Below, one piece after another: positions 15,577 to 29,844 of a stretch of DNA of 64,000 nucleotides. A model generated the notes under the pieces. The model was given only the letters and a program-made list of their open reading frames with translations. It had not been told where the DNA came from and did no database searches. The stretch's first letter is position 1. The number at the start of each line of letters is the position of its first letter. The translations under genes and the position numbers were made by a program. The DNA comes from Eledone cirrhosa (lineage: Eukaryota), in contig OZ024754.1 in the NCBI GenBank assembly GCA_964016885.1, positions 2,418,001-2,482,000 of the forward strand, read 5' to 3'.

Positions 15577-16218
15577 AGAGAGGTATATAAATATGTAAAG
15601 TATATATCGAAGTTGTATTTACACAATGGTAATTCACACAAAGTGGAATTATTTGAGGTAAACCCCTATACACTCGATGACCAAACAAATGAGTTCTATT
15701 TCAAAGATGACCCTCTCAAAAATTGATGAGAAGGACCAGGTATGATCCTTTAGACACCGTGTAAGCCTTTTTAATGTAGACCCAAACAATATACTCCTAG
15801 AGGCAGGAGTTAGGAAGGAGTATTTGAGCTCTCTGTCCCCACGACCCTCTCAGGAATAAGTGGGTGAAGAAGATGAAAGGACAGCGCTTGTCCCTTCAAT
15901 AAAAACATTATCTTCAGTCAAAGGAAATCATTAATTTCACTCATACTTTACATCCCCAGCAGGATTTAATTTCGGCTTTATTAATCCCCAATTAATTATA
16001 TGTAAACATTTTTTCTATCTATAGCATAATTTATTGAATAATACTTAAATATCTAATTAAATATCTAATTAATATCTTATAAAGATGACCTTCAGATCTT
16101 TTTAATTAAACATTGATCGAAGACATATTGTTCGTTAAGTGGATGGATTATGTGTTGTTGTTTTAGTGTTTTTGTTCAATTTGAGAGGATAAATTATTTC
16201 ATTACTTCAATACCATTT

Positions 16219-16253
<35 letters not shown>

Positions 16254-16279
16254 TACACACACACACACATACACACACA

Positions 16280-16475
16280 CACTCTAGACTCACACACACA
16301 CACACACAATTTAGACTCTCTCACACACACACACACACAATTTAGACTCTCTCACACACACACACACACACAATTTAGACTCTCTCACACACACACACAC
16401 ACAATTTAGACTCTCTCACACACACACACACACAATTTAGTCTCTCTCACACACACACAAATTAGACTCACGCAC
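16280..16475. repeat. Compound minisatellite (CA)n-atttagactctct
   Basis: About 6-7 units. Confidence 0.85.
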
Positions 16476-16791
16476 ACGTGTGTATATATTATGGTGAGAA
16501 CAAGAAAGAGAGAAGAAAAAAAAGCATTCAATAACTGTTGAGTTGTGTAATTATTTTAAACTGGAAAATGTACGGAATATTAAAACGGATTTTCACGTTT
16601 AGGGCGATATGATATTTAGATTGAAGATCTATAAGAGAAGAAGCAGTATATTGCTAAGCATTTAGCCAAGAGCCATGACTTATATCCTGTAGGGCATAGT
16701 GTAACATCCATGATGAAACATCTAGAAGGATAGGGAGTGGAAGGTGAAGAGACCTGGAAAAACACTGTAAAGACACTGACAAATCGACCGC

Positions 16792-17001
<210 letters not shown>

Positions 17002-17214
17002 AAAATTAAATTAAGGGTGTCATGTCCGAGAGACATGTGCCATATCCACTGTAGGAATATTAATCATGTTAAAAGGTATCTATATTTGAAGTTCTAGTTA
17101 AACTTTAATTAGTTACCTGCCTAGCTGTGTGTGCTTACACACTTTACAAATTATCCCCTGTGGTTGTTTCATGTATTTATTTTAGATATATATATATGTC
17201 AATCAATTTCTAGT

Positions 17215-17272
<58 letters not shown>

Positions 17273-17387
17273 TATATCTGAAGCTGAATATCCGCATAAG
17301 GTGAAACAATTGTTCACGGTATGGTGAACTAACTGTTGTGTTACTACTTCTACCAAACTCGTCCCTTGGACTGAGTGCTCTACCCCC

Positions 17388-17425
<38 letters not shown>

Positions 17426-17481
17426 GTACAGAGAGAGAGAGAGAGAGAGAGAGGTGGAGAGAGAGAGACAGAGAGATAGGT

Positions 17482-17537
<56 letters not shown>

Positions 17538-17907
17538 ATATGTATGTATTTGCCTCGTAGACGGTAACTTCTCTCTGCGCAATAGAAACAAAAAAATCTT
17601 TTCGTGCCTATTACCATTCCTGATACGTTCTGACATGAAAAATCTGTATAAGTCTGTAATTTATTTACTTATTAGTCTCGGTGATGTTTTTTTCTTTAAG
17701 CAACAGGTGCAAAATGTAATTAGCCCAACTTGATAAATCATTGCACAGACAGCTGAATATATTCCTGGGTATATCTATGCAATTTAAATACACAACACTC
17801 ACATACATTCTCTTACACACACATACATATATATGCCGATATATGTATATATATTGTGTATATATATATGTATGTATGTTTTTAAATATATATAAGTGGA
17901 TGTTTGA

Positions 17908-17983
<76 letters not shown>

Positions 17984-18290
17984 CGGAGATGCGTTTATAT
18001 AATGTGTGTTAATATACCCAAACGTACAGCGGCCATTATAGTAATATTTGTTTGTGTGAATGTTAAACTATGTGTAGATATGTGTGAGGGTATGTGTACG
18101 TGTGTGTGTCTGTGGGGGTGTGTCGATGTGTGTGTGTGTGTGTAATTGTGAGGCATTGAAAGAGAAAAAACATCGAGTGAATTAGAGAGTGTGTGCGTGT
18201 GAATGAATGAGTGTGTGTGAGAGAGAGAGAGAAAGAGAGCGAGAGAGAGTGAGAGAGAGAGAGAGTGGGAGAGAGAGAGAAACAGAGAGG

Positions 18291-18398
<108 letters not shown>

Positions 18399-19138
18399 AA
18401 AGCACAGATAAACTCTGGAGAAAGCTCACTAGAATATGTAAAGAGATTATCTAGAGAGAGAGAGGGAGAGAGAGAGAGATGGAGAGGGAGAGAGAGAGGG
18501 CGGAGAGAGAGGGAGAGAGAGAGGGCGGAGAGAGAGGGAGAGAGACACACACAGATAAACTGTAGAGAAAGCTCTCTAGAATATGTATGTAATGTCAGAG
18601 ATGTGGGGTGGAAAGTCTGTTTTTTTCTGTTTCTTTATTTTTTTGTGAATTTCTTAAAATCTCAAATGAGGTAACTCTGATCTCACAGCTGCAGAATTCC
18701 ACAAGTGAAGGAATCAGTGTCCAACTGAAGAAATTTATTTCTCAAACTTTTCTACTTGTTTCAAAGGAAACTTTGTGACGTACAACTAAGAGTTTTATAT
18801 TCTTGATTTCTTTTTTCTTCGTCACATCTTGGTTTGAAATCTTGTTTTAGTTAACAGTATCTTTATTCTATGTATTAGTTTTTTTAATGTAACTTGCTTC
18901 GCCAAATCCCACCAGTATCGGATTTACCCTTGTATTCAACGGGGTCGATAAAATTAAAAATACAGTTCATCTAGGAAGTATTTTAATCGAATCTATGATA
19001 GATCAATAAAGTTATTCACTCTAAAATATACAAGGCTCGTAAATTTTCCAGTTATGTATTTAGAATGATTGAATCAATAATTTTCCCCAAAAAGTATTAA
19101 GGTTTTTTTTTTTATCGAGATTAGACAGACTGTTTGCA

Positions 19139-19474
19139 CCCTTTACGTTCTGAGTTCAAATCCCGCCGAGGTTAGCTTTGACTGTCAACCTTACGGGGTC
19201 AATAAAATAAAGCACCAGTAATGCACTGGGGTCAATTTAATCGACTTTCCCCTCCTCAAAATTACTGGCTTTCTGCCTATACAAGAAACCATTATATGTT
19301 ATGCTTTGCAGCATAACGTTACAGCCCTTTATGTTCTGAGTTCAAATCCTGCCGGAGTTAGCTTTGACTTTCAACCTTACGGGGTCGATAAAGCACCAGT
19401 AACACACTGAGGTCTATTTAATCGACTTTCCCCTCTCCCCAAATTGCTGGCCTTGTGCCTATAGTAGAAATCGT
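19139..19474 (+). mobile_element. Two tandem SINE copies (long-tail variant)
   Basis: Two bodies with a B box lie at about 19139-19295 and 19300-19474. The tails contain the extra atttaatcgactttcccct segment. Confidence 0.85.
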
Positions 19475-20004
19475 TAAATAAAGTAAAGGCATGCTGCAGG
19501 TTTACCATTGGCTTTAGATAATCCTCGTTTGGGTATTTTGTTTTATTTTTTCAAAAACAAATTTTCATTCTCATGATGGCATTTAAAATTGATTTGCATT
19601 TTCTATTGAGAACCTTCATGGAGTTCAATGTCTACCATGTAGATTGCAGCCATTTCTTACGTAGATTCACATACTTCTCAATGCTAAAATAGGTCATGGT
19701 TTTTAAAATGAGTTACTCTGTTTGTTAGATGTTATAAGTGTTGCAACAATATTATTGTCATTCATTGTCATTCATGCAAATTTACATGATGTTGAAAGTT
19801 TTGCAAGAAGCCCGCCAACAGAGAGAATGGACGGACAAATATGAACTAAACCTTACAACAAGTTGTCTCATACCTGCTGCAACAGTGTATATATATATAT
19901 GTGTGTGTGTATATCTATATATATGAAACTAATATTAACATTTTGTACTGCCTCTTCGCTTCCACATTGTTGTTTTTCGTTTACTGTCTCAATTTTAAAT
20001 ATAC

Positions 20005-20080
<76 letters not shown>

Positions 20081-20083
<3 letters not shown>

Positions 20084-20264
20084 CGAGTAGGACTCCGACG
20101 GCTGAGTTCAAGCCGTTTCGACGGCTAATTCTGGAATTAGCCGTCGAAACGGCTTGAGCTCAGCCGTCGGGGTCCTACTCGTTCCTGTCACCCACTCTAC
20201 TACCCTAAGTATTGAGTACTTTGGTGCGTTATGGTCCAACTGGTTCCTTACCACATTTCCTTCG

Positions 20265-20266
<2 letters not shown>
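20081..20266. mobile_element. Palindromic half-hammerhead element (family E)
   Basis: Inverted arms surround gacggctaattctggaattagccgtc. The right arm reads GAAA CGGCT TGAGCTC AGCCG TC GGGG on the plus strand, and the left arm is a near-identical mirror. It is embedded in (TA)n. Confidence 0.7.
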
Positions 20267-20303
<37 letters not shown>

Positions 20304-20341
20304 CAAATAGTTTGATAGATTATTGTGTCTCTCTCCCTCTT

Positions 20342-20418
<77 letters not shown>

Positions 20419-20504
20419 CACAGAGAGGTGGGGGGACCAAATTCGGACAATTTAGTTGTAGTGATTAGTTTAGTTCTTTGCATACTAAAATGGTCACAGT
20501 GTAA

Positions 20505-20612
20505 TAATAATTGTTTCTACTGTTGGCACAAGGCACAGCAATTATCCCAGTGTATTACTGGTTCTTTATTTTATCGACCCTGTAAGGATGAAAGGCAAAG
20601 TTAACCTCGGCG
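20505..20612 (-). mobile_element. SINE 3' half
   Basis: It is the reverse complement of the family body and tail. Confidence 0.8.
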
Positions 20613-21066
20613 ATGCACGGGGTGTCAAATTTTCATTACATTTATTGAGATGTTACGCGCGTCTCGCGATTTATCAGCTCATGGTTCGATCTGTATCTAT
20701 CGGACCCGACTCTGGAATACATGTCTTTGTATATGCACGTCTGTGTAAGTTTGATTAGCTTACATCAGTGACAAATAAAGAAATTGTTATCAATAATATT
20801 TCAGCCACATTTTATTTTACTTTATTGTACTTACACTGTGTGATTATATTTAGAGTTTTTACATCCACCTCTCTCTAGATTTCACCCCCATTCATCATAT
20901 GTGAGGGTTTTATGTTTTTACTTTACCTCAATGCCACAAATATATTCCAACTGCTATTCATAGCCATTAAATCCATCACCCCCTTCTCTCATTCTCATCG
21001 GATCTATTATAATATCTTCTGCTCTTACTGTCTACCCCTTCTTTCTTTCAGCTACGACGCACATAT

Positions 21067-21112
<46 letters not shown>

Positions 21113-21117
21113 GCACA

Positions 21118-21164
<47 letters not shown>

Positions 21165-21269
21165 ATATATATATATGTATATATATATGTATATATATAA
21201 ATATATATATATTACACGCACATATATGTATATATAAATATATATATGTATATATATATATAAATATAC

Positions 21270-21304
<35 letters not shown>

Positions 21305-21320
21305 CGTACAGAAAATATCA

Positions 21321-21364
<44 letters not shown>

Positions 21365-21674
21365 TGTGTCCATTTTGAAACAGGTGCATCCAATGCATGC
21401 AGATTAATGAGTCACAGATGTGTGCCATTTTGAAGCGGAGTGTGAGAGCCAAGTAAAGGAATAATTCTATGATGGATCTATAATGAATAGAATGTGTATT
21501 TCGCAAGTACATTCCTTTGTATTAGCAACCCAACGTGAATTTTACTCTTGTTTGTTTTATCTTTAGGTTTTGGCACATCACTCTTGTACTATATTAGCTA
21601 CGTTCAGCAGTACTAGTAATAGATAGTCAGGCCAAGACTTATGTGTTCTTAGACCACATACACACGTGTACGCA

Positions 21675-21768
<94 letters not shown>

Positions 21769-21769
<1 letters not shown>

Positions 21770-21970
21770 ACGAAGGAAATGTGGTAAGGAACCAGATGGA
21801 CCATAACGCACCAAAGTACTCAATACTTAGGGTAGTAGAGTGGGTAATAGGAACAAGTAGGACCCAGACGGCTGAGCTCAAGCTGTTTCGACGGCTAATT
21901 CTGGACTAAATTTAGTCCAGAATTAGCCGTCGAAACGGCTTGAGCTAAGCCGTCGGGGTCCTACGTGTTC
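21769..21970. mobile_element. Palindromic half-hammerhead element (family E)
   Basis: Same family, with the long arm on the left and the centre gacggctaattctggactaaatttagtccagaattagccgtc. It has (TA)n flanks. Confidence 0.7.
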
Positions 21971-22559
21971 ATATATATATATATATACTCATAAAGGTAC
22001 CCTCATCGATCCTAATGACGAGGGCTCCAGTTGTTCTTATCTACGTTTGGCTGGTCTTTACGCAATCTAGTGACATTTTTAGGGACATTCATCTTTCCCA
22101 GTGAGTGTCAAAGCTGGCCATTTGAATTTCAGGTATACTCTATCGAATAGGATTCCAAAGAGTTTCCATAGAAGAACTCGACATTGAAAAGAGATTCATA
22201 AGAGGAAGATGATTCTATATATACAGTAATATTTTTCCGAACAAGAAATCCTTTATCGGCCATACTTTCACAAATTCAGCCTACAATTTCCATATACTTG
22301 GAGTAGCATAATTTACAATGGACAAGTTTTCCGGTGCGATCTCACTTAAGCCTTCTAAAGAGTTGCCAAATCTGGTGTCAATGGGATTTTAATTTTTTCA
22401 AGATTTATAGAATAATTACCATCTATGTTAATACTAGAGGTATATATTTCTCATTTTAATTTACATATGTTTCACATTGTTTTCGTTTACTTAATAACCA
22501 CATATCTTTTTGTGTACAAATGACAGTATATATAATTTAATCCTATACTTTGTAGGTTT

Positions 22560-23572
22560 TTGTACTCTTGTAAAGATATGTTTATTGAAAAGAAAAACTG
22601 GAAACACAGATGAAAACAAATGTGAAATTAGATTAGACAAACAAAAACTGATGTTGTGAAATAATTATAAAGGATTGTTTTTGTTTCTTTTGCTCAAGAC
22701 TTCACTCTTTCTACATTTCAAACATGAATAAATAAATGAAATTTGAAAGAACCCTTGTTTTAGAATATTCTCCGTAAAAACAGTTAAAGTGAAATGGTAA
22801 AAATGTAATTGCTATTTTAGAAAAAATGAAGCAACAACAACAAAATTGAAATATGATTTTCAGCACCTCATTAACACCATCGTTAAATAGTTGTGTACTT
22901 TAAAGCAAACTGGATTGTGAAATTGCTTTTACCTACGTCACCTTTTGTAGATCTAAAAACATCTTTTAGAAGAGAAAAAAAACAACAAAGAATAAAATAA
23001 AACTACGAAAATAGAAACAAGACAACATTAAAAAAAATAACGACAAAATATATATTAGACAGAAAAAAGAGGTGGATTTCAATTAATTAATATATTTCCA
23101 CAAATAACATTTTAAGAGTTGTGAAAAGATTTTGAAATAGAATCTAACAACATAAGGATCAGTTTTCCTTTTCCGAATGTGAACATCAGCAATTTGTTTT
23201 AAGATGTATTGTAACCCAGTTTTTTCCTTAATTGTAGATATTGTGATGTCGATAGTTCCAACATAGTTACTGAAGTGTAGTTAACAATTTAAAAGCTGGT
23301 GTATTATTTAACGTGTTGGCTTCTAATAATTGTATCACTGTGAAACATGTCTAGAGGTTAGATTCTGTTTTCGTTCCATATGTGACTTCTACAATGTGAT
23401 TAATTCTTTGAAACATAAACACGTTTATCTTCATGCTACGTATTTCTGTTGTATGGAGTTTATTTGGATTCGGGGGAATTAAAAGGGATGTATTATTTTC
23501 ATCTCATTAATGTTGTTATTTAAGATTCATGAAGCAAGCTTATGATTTAAGTCAATCTCAGCATGACCACAG

Positions 23573-23611
<39 letters not shown>

Positions 23612-23994
23612 ATGAGGGGGAGAATGAAATTAGGACGAGGTGGACCGTGGATGAGAGGGAGGTATCTATAGAGTTAGAGACCAGTTGATTCTGATCTTTG
23701 GTTTTTGTATCACAGTTATTGTTGTTTAGCATCGGGAAAAATCCCCGATTGAGTAAGATTCTGCTCAAAACCAATTCAGATATGATCACACTTTGTGTTT
23801 AAGGGCATCAAAGCCTATTTCTTGCGCATTTGTTGAAATATGCACTTGCACCAACTCTCTAATTTGATTTTAATGATTTCTCTACTTTATTTTGCTCTTC
23901 TTTGATTTTCCACGAATCAAACCTCCTCCGTGTTCTAATAGGGTTTCACTCACCATGTTGTTGATGAGGGATCGTTTCTTGTTTTACATTTGTT
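22560..23994 (-). other. Putative 3' UTR of the minus-strand gene, with a candidate AATAAA at 22581-22586
   Basis: It lies downstream of the TAA at 23995. It has no SINE and only one short (GA)n, in a window otherwise full of both. Plus-strand tttatt at 22581 reads AATAAA on the minus strand. Confidence 0.35.
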
Positions 23995-24091
23995 TTATGC
24001 TAGATTTTTCATCGCGATTTCGTTTTCCTCTTGTGTTTTCCTTTGCACTGTTGAGGGAAATAACACATCACTACTGCCTACAAATTGTGAT
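23995..24091 (-). CDS. Candidate terminal coding exon of an unidentified gene, (R)SQFVGSSDVLFPSTVQRKTQEENEIAMKNLA*
   Basis: On the minus strand, the acceptor tttctacttctgcttag is followed by 1 nt plus 31 open codons and TAA. It is phase-2 compatible with the exon at 28795-28836 (AG+A = Arg) and is followed by about 1.5 kb of largely repeat-poor AT-rich sequence. Confidence 0.6.
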
Positions 24092-24651
24092 CTAAGCAGA
24101 AGTAGAAACTCTTTATTTATTTCGTGAGAACATTTGACAAAACAAGGTAGATGAAATAGCTTTGTGGGAGGAAAATATTTGTAATAACAAAGGATGATAT
24201 GTATATCATATTAATCTCTATATATATATATCTGTCTATATATCTATCTGTCTGTCAAGCTATTTGTATATCTACTTATTATTCTACATATATGTATATA
24301 TCATTGCATGTATATACATTTTTCTATGATAGAATGTAAGAACAAACAGCTGTATCAATTATTACCGTATATGACTAAATGTAAAATCTGATTACAAAAG
24401 TAATAATGTAGGTTTACATAAACACTGGTGCATCTTTGAATGTTTTGAGTATTGTTGAAACATATATCAAACAGAATTACCAGATGGCAATATATGTTGT
24501 AATCGGTTAAAGACAAACAAAGATATAAATCAAATAATATTAGACATGACTGAATAGTTATTGTTATACTACATAGGGTCGTAAAATATTGGAAATTAAG
24601 AAGCTTCATATAGAGTAATATATATACACCTATATATATGTGTGTGTGTGT

Positions 24652-24692
<41 letters not shown>

Positions 24693-24697
<5 letters not shown>

Positions 24698-24791
24698 GTC
24701 CAAAAATGTATACACACCTTGATTACCTGTCCAGGCAATATTTATTAGAATGCACAGCCTTTGAGTATATATTTTTCGGGGTCACCCTGTA
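24693..24791. mobile_element. Tiny Tc1/mariner-type MITE relic
   Basis: Imperfect TIRs aggtgtccaaaaatgtatacac / gagtatatatttttcggggtcaccctgta lie in TA context. Related copies are at about 3705-3782 and 24899-24930. Confidence 0.45.
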
Positions 24792-24801
24792 TATGTATGT
24801 G

Positions 24802-24895
<94 letters not shown>

Positions 24896-25775
24896 TGCAA
24901 GGTGTCCAAAAAAATGTATACACACTTTGATTGCTTGTACGGGTAATATATATGACAATGTACAGGCTTTGTGTATATATGTTGTGGAGAGACCTTGTAT
25001 ATATATATATATATATACAAGGTCTTCCCCACAACATATATATATATGTGTGTGTGTGTGATTTATATATGGTTAATATATTCGTGTGTGGGTGTGTTGG
25101 TACAATTTCGAAGCAGTGAGGAATTTGAAATTTGAAAATATAATCACAGCAATGCGTTATGTAATCACAGTTATTATTATAGTTATTTGCATTGTGGCGA
25201 TACTATTTTCCAATATACAGTATATAGAGAGGGAGACCCTGAGACGAGGAGAAATACAATCATTGGAATATAGATTGGAAAGAAGAGAGTGAAGGATTAA
25301 GAGATAGGAGAGAGAGGGGGAGATATATATATATATATATATACTGGCTGCAAAATTGATTTATTTGTGTTTATATCTTTAATGATTTATCATTTGTATA
25401 TTTTTTTTTTTTTTTTTAAAACTAATTTCTTAAACTGTTTAACAGCTTTCAAATATTTTTTTAAAAAGTAATTTCATATCAAATGCTTAGTATCTTTGAC
25501 AGGCTGCAGAAGAAACTCGAGTAAACCAAAGCAAAATATGTAGAGAGAAGACAAAAATATATTTAAAATATACAAATACAAATACAAGACGAACATATCA
25601 AAACATGGTTAAATGGATTGCTGAAAAAAATGAACAAACAAACCGAATATTACAACATTTAGGTTAGGAGATGGACAGCAAATGATAGCTGGGTTAAGTA
25701 ATAACTACGAATCACCAGTTGTGGATGATGTAATATGATGATATGTGATAAAAAAAATGTATGTATGTATGTATG

Positions 25776-25824
<49 letters not shown>

Positions 25825-25825
25825 G

Positions 25826-25910
<85 letters not shown>

Positions 25911-25940
25911 ATATATATATATGTATATATATGTATGTAT

Positions 25941-25999
<59 letters not shown>

Positions 26000-26418
26000 T
26001 GTATGTATATATGTATGTATATATATATATGTATATGTATGTATATATATATATATATATATATTACTAGAACAGTATGCGCACGTATGTGTATGCACTC
26101 CCATGTGTGTGTGTGTGTGTGTGTGTATGCATGTATGGGTGTGTTTGTGTCTGTGTGTCACACTGACATCAGTTATTTCTGCTATATATACATATACATA
26201 TATATATATATATATATGTACATATATATATATATATATGTGTGTGTGTGTACATATATATATGTATATGTATATATATATATCAGAAATAACTGATGTC
26301 AGCAGTTGTAGTGACACAGAGACAGAAACACACGTATATATATATATACATATATATACATATATATATATTTCCATATAATAACCCGGCTTATATATAT
26401 ATATATACCGGTCTAGAA

Positions 26419-26717
26419 CTGTTTCTTCTTTTGGCACAAGGCCACCAATTACCCAGTGCATTACTGGTACTTTATTTTAACGACCCCGTAGGAATGAAAG
26501 GCAAAGTTAACCTCGGCGGGATTTGAACTCAGACTGTAAAGGGCCGTAACTCTATGCTGCAACGCATAGCGTGCGACCCTCTGCCGATACCGCCAATCCA
26601 CATTTCTATATAATATAATTGTTTCTACTTTTGGCACAAGGCCAGCAATTACCCCAGTACATTACTGGTACTTTATTTTATCGACCCCGTAAGGATGAAA
26701 GGCAAAGTTGACCTCGG
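26419..26717 (-). mobile_element. One full and one partial SINE copy in tandem
   Basis: 26419-26600 is full length and 26618-26717 is a 3' half, both in reverse orientation. Confidence 0.85.
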
Positions 26718-26796
26718 AAGATAATGGTGCCTATTGTATTGAGTACCTCTTTTATGTATGGACACCTCCCGACACGTATCGTGTATCACCCATAAT

Positions 26797-26865
<69 letters not shown>

Positions 26866-27041
26866 GAGAGAGAGTGAGAGAGAAGCAGAAGAGAGGGGGC
26901 GAGGTCCATATAGATAGATAGATATTGAAAGTTAAAAATATAAACACCGCACAATGTAAGGCGTACATGAGTGAAGCGAATAGAAAGACCAAACTGTGAG
27001 ACCCGAGAATCATGCTTGTGTGTGTGTGTGTGTGTGTGTGA

Positions 27042-27158
<117 letters not shown>

Positions 27159-27592
27159 GAATGAGAAGGTGTGAAAGTTTCTAGAAACTGAAGTAGGTAA
27201 AGAGAGATGAGAATGAGTTAAGTGTTTTACTGTTTTATAGAGTTGTACTTATGTCAGCAGCCGACAAGAAAACAAACATGACATTTGCCGTTAATCTTAA
27301 GCTAGGAGATCAGGCTGTAGCGTAATGAAAGATATTAGTTATCAGATGCCAGCTTAAAGAGGATATCGAATTTACATACGGTATCTGAAGTGATGCATTT
27401 CTTTCGCTAATTCCGGCATTTTGTCCACTTTTTCTTTTATTTTTCCGTTTCAGCTTTTTGTATTGTTTTGTTTCTTTCCTTTTGCTAATTGTTTTGTTTG
27501 AATATTTCATTACGTTATTTGCGAAGCATTTGCTGACGCATACACATCACATTCACCTCCCTACCCTATAGATGTGTGTGTATGTGTGTGTA

Positions 27593-27701
<109 letters not shown>

Positions 27702-27904
27702 CGAAATCAACGTTTCAACTCCAATGTTGGAATCGATTAAATTAAAAGTTAATGCAAATACAAATAATTTCTAAAGTTGAACTTTTACTACATCAAGTCA
27801 GTGGATACGGAAAATAAAGATATGTGGACACAATCCGATCCGAAAGAAATACATACACATTCTCGTTTACACACTACTATGTTAATGCTGGGTCACAACA
27901 AAAG

Positions 27905-28092
27905 GCTCCCAGACCACACTGTAAATGTGGTTGGTGTTAGGAAGGGCATTCAGCTGTAAAATACTTCCCAGAGACACTTCCGTACGAGCGAGACACAGTC
28001 TCGCGACCAATCCCACATGAAATGAAACAAAACCGTCTAACACATGTTAGCATGGAAGATAGACGTTAAACGATGATGATGATGAGGATGAT
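27905..28092 (+). mobile_element. Old SINE 3' part with an RTE-type (GAT)n tail
   Basis: It reads ggttggtgttaggaagggcattcagctgtaaaa ... agcatggaagatagacgttaaacgatgatgatg. Confidence 0.6.
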
Positions 28093-28794
28093 GTATATAT
28101 ATGTATACAAAAAGGATAGGATCCTTAGGTCAATAAATATGAAACCCATGTGATCTACTGATGGAAAAGGGCAGTCTAGTCTAGAAATATCTCTACTTAT
28201 GAAATATTGTTTATGTAACATGTAGGGCGCTCTATATGAAGTAAAAGGGCCAAAGGTGAAATCCCAAACTCAGAAATATTGATGTCAGCAAGGAGGTAAA
28301 AGGACACTTTTTTGAAACAGAAGGGCCTCTGCTACTTTTAGAATCGATGATCAGAGATGGTTTGGAAAGATAGAATAGTACAAGACAGTGCTTTCAACAA
28401 CGCAGCCAGCAAAAAGGATAAAATTGAAAAAGAAAACTCAACATTGCTTCTTCATGGACATTTATTTCCTCAGGAAGAAATTTGAGCAGTGAAATTCTTG
28501 GATATTCTCTGTCAGGAACCTCTCAATCTTTTAAGGAACTTCTCAATATTGCATAAGTCAGAACAAGGCAAGCCAGGTCTTATCTTTTAGTCGTTAAATA
28601 TAAATATAAACAAAGAATAGATCGTTTTGCAAAGCGTTGAACAAATTTGTATTTTGAAAGTATTTTAACTTGTTTTAAGTTGCTAAATCTATATACTAAA
28701 ATATAAGGCGGAGAATGAGGAAAATGTGGGCAGTTTCGCTTTGGTGTAAGGATAACGGTGTCGTCCAGCATATGGTAGCTGTGAGTTAGATTAC

Positions 28795-28836
28795 CTGGGA
28801 CGACCTTCTCCTGCCTCTAGAGGATTATAGTCAAAT
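28795..28836 (-). CDS. Candidate 42-nt internal coding exon, FDYNPLEAGEGRP(R)
   Basis: The minus strand reads tatttctgctgcaacacag|ATTTGACTATAATCCTCTAGAGGCAGGAGAAGGTCGTCCCAG|gtaatc. It has canonical AG/GT ends, phase 2-2, and joins in frame to 23995-24091. Confidence 0.6.
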
Positions 28837-28959
28837 CTGTGTTGCAGCAGAAATATAACAAGTTTAACTTCAAAATAATGTTGAAAAACAATTATAAACA
28901 TACATATACATACAACATTCATATATACAAACGCACGCATTGCGCCTACACACAGACAC

Positions 28960-29058
<99 letters not shown>

Positions 29059-29222
29059 GAATGTTTGCACATATGAATATATTGATGGTAGATGTTTATT
29101 TTCCTTAACTTAGAGTAAATTGAGGCGGTTTTTAGTGGCAATCTTTTAAATGTCACCTAAAAGAAAACACGGAAACGAAAAGTTTATTTATATTATTGAA
29201 AGGTGTTCTTGAAGGAAAGCGA

Positions 29223-29237
29223 ACGCCATCTGGTGGC
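29223..29237 (-). promoter_or_regulatory. CTCF-like motif
   Basis: The reverse complement GCCACCAGATGGCGT fits the CCASYAGRKGGCR consensus. This is a motif match only. Confidence 0.3.
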
Positions 29238-29801
29238 GTGGGAAGAAATGAAACCTAAGCCTACACGATGCCTATCATTAAACCTTTTCAGGTGTTTTTA
29301 TCATCACTTTACGGGGTGTGTCTATTTTTAATGGCTTATCTCTTTCTGAAAGCTTTGTCACACATATGATACACTCACACATTCATGCTAAGCAAATGGT
29401 GGATCCTCAACGTAGTCACTTCTGTATGCTAGAAATAGTAAAGTAATAGAGGATATATTTCTGAAGACTGCTCTAAACTGCATCTTATTTAGTCAGTAAG
29501 ATAATAAAACACATCTTTTAAAACTTTTACGTTTCCCCAACACAAACACCAATATTAACACATGAAACTATATTTTAGGGGCAGGCATTACTGTGTAGGA
29601 TGGGGAGGGTCGACTCAGAACTATTGGTTTCTGGTTCAGTTTCACTGCAAGACAATACTGGATCTTACTAACAATACGTCTACAAAACCTGTATTGTGAT
29701 AGGATATAATGTACCATGTTTCAACGACAAAACAAATCGCTTCTGTTATCGATATTATAGATTACACCTCTCTTTCTCCCCCTCTCTCCTTTTCTCTCTC
29801 T

Positions 29802-29844
<43 letters not shown>

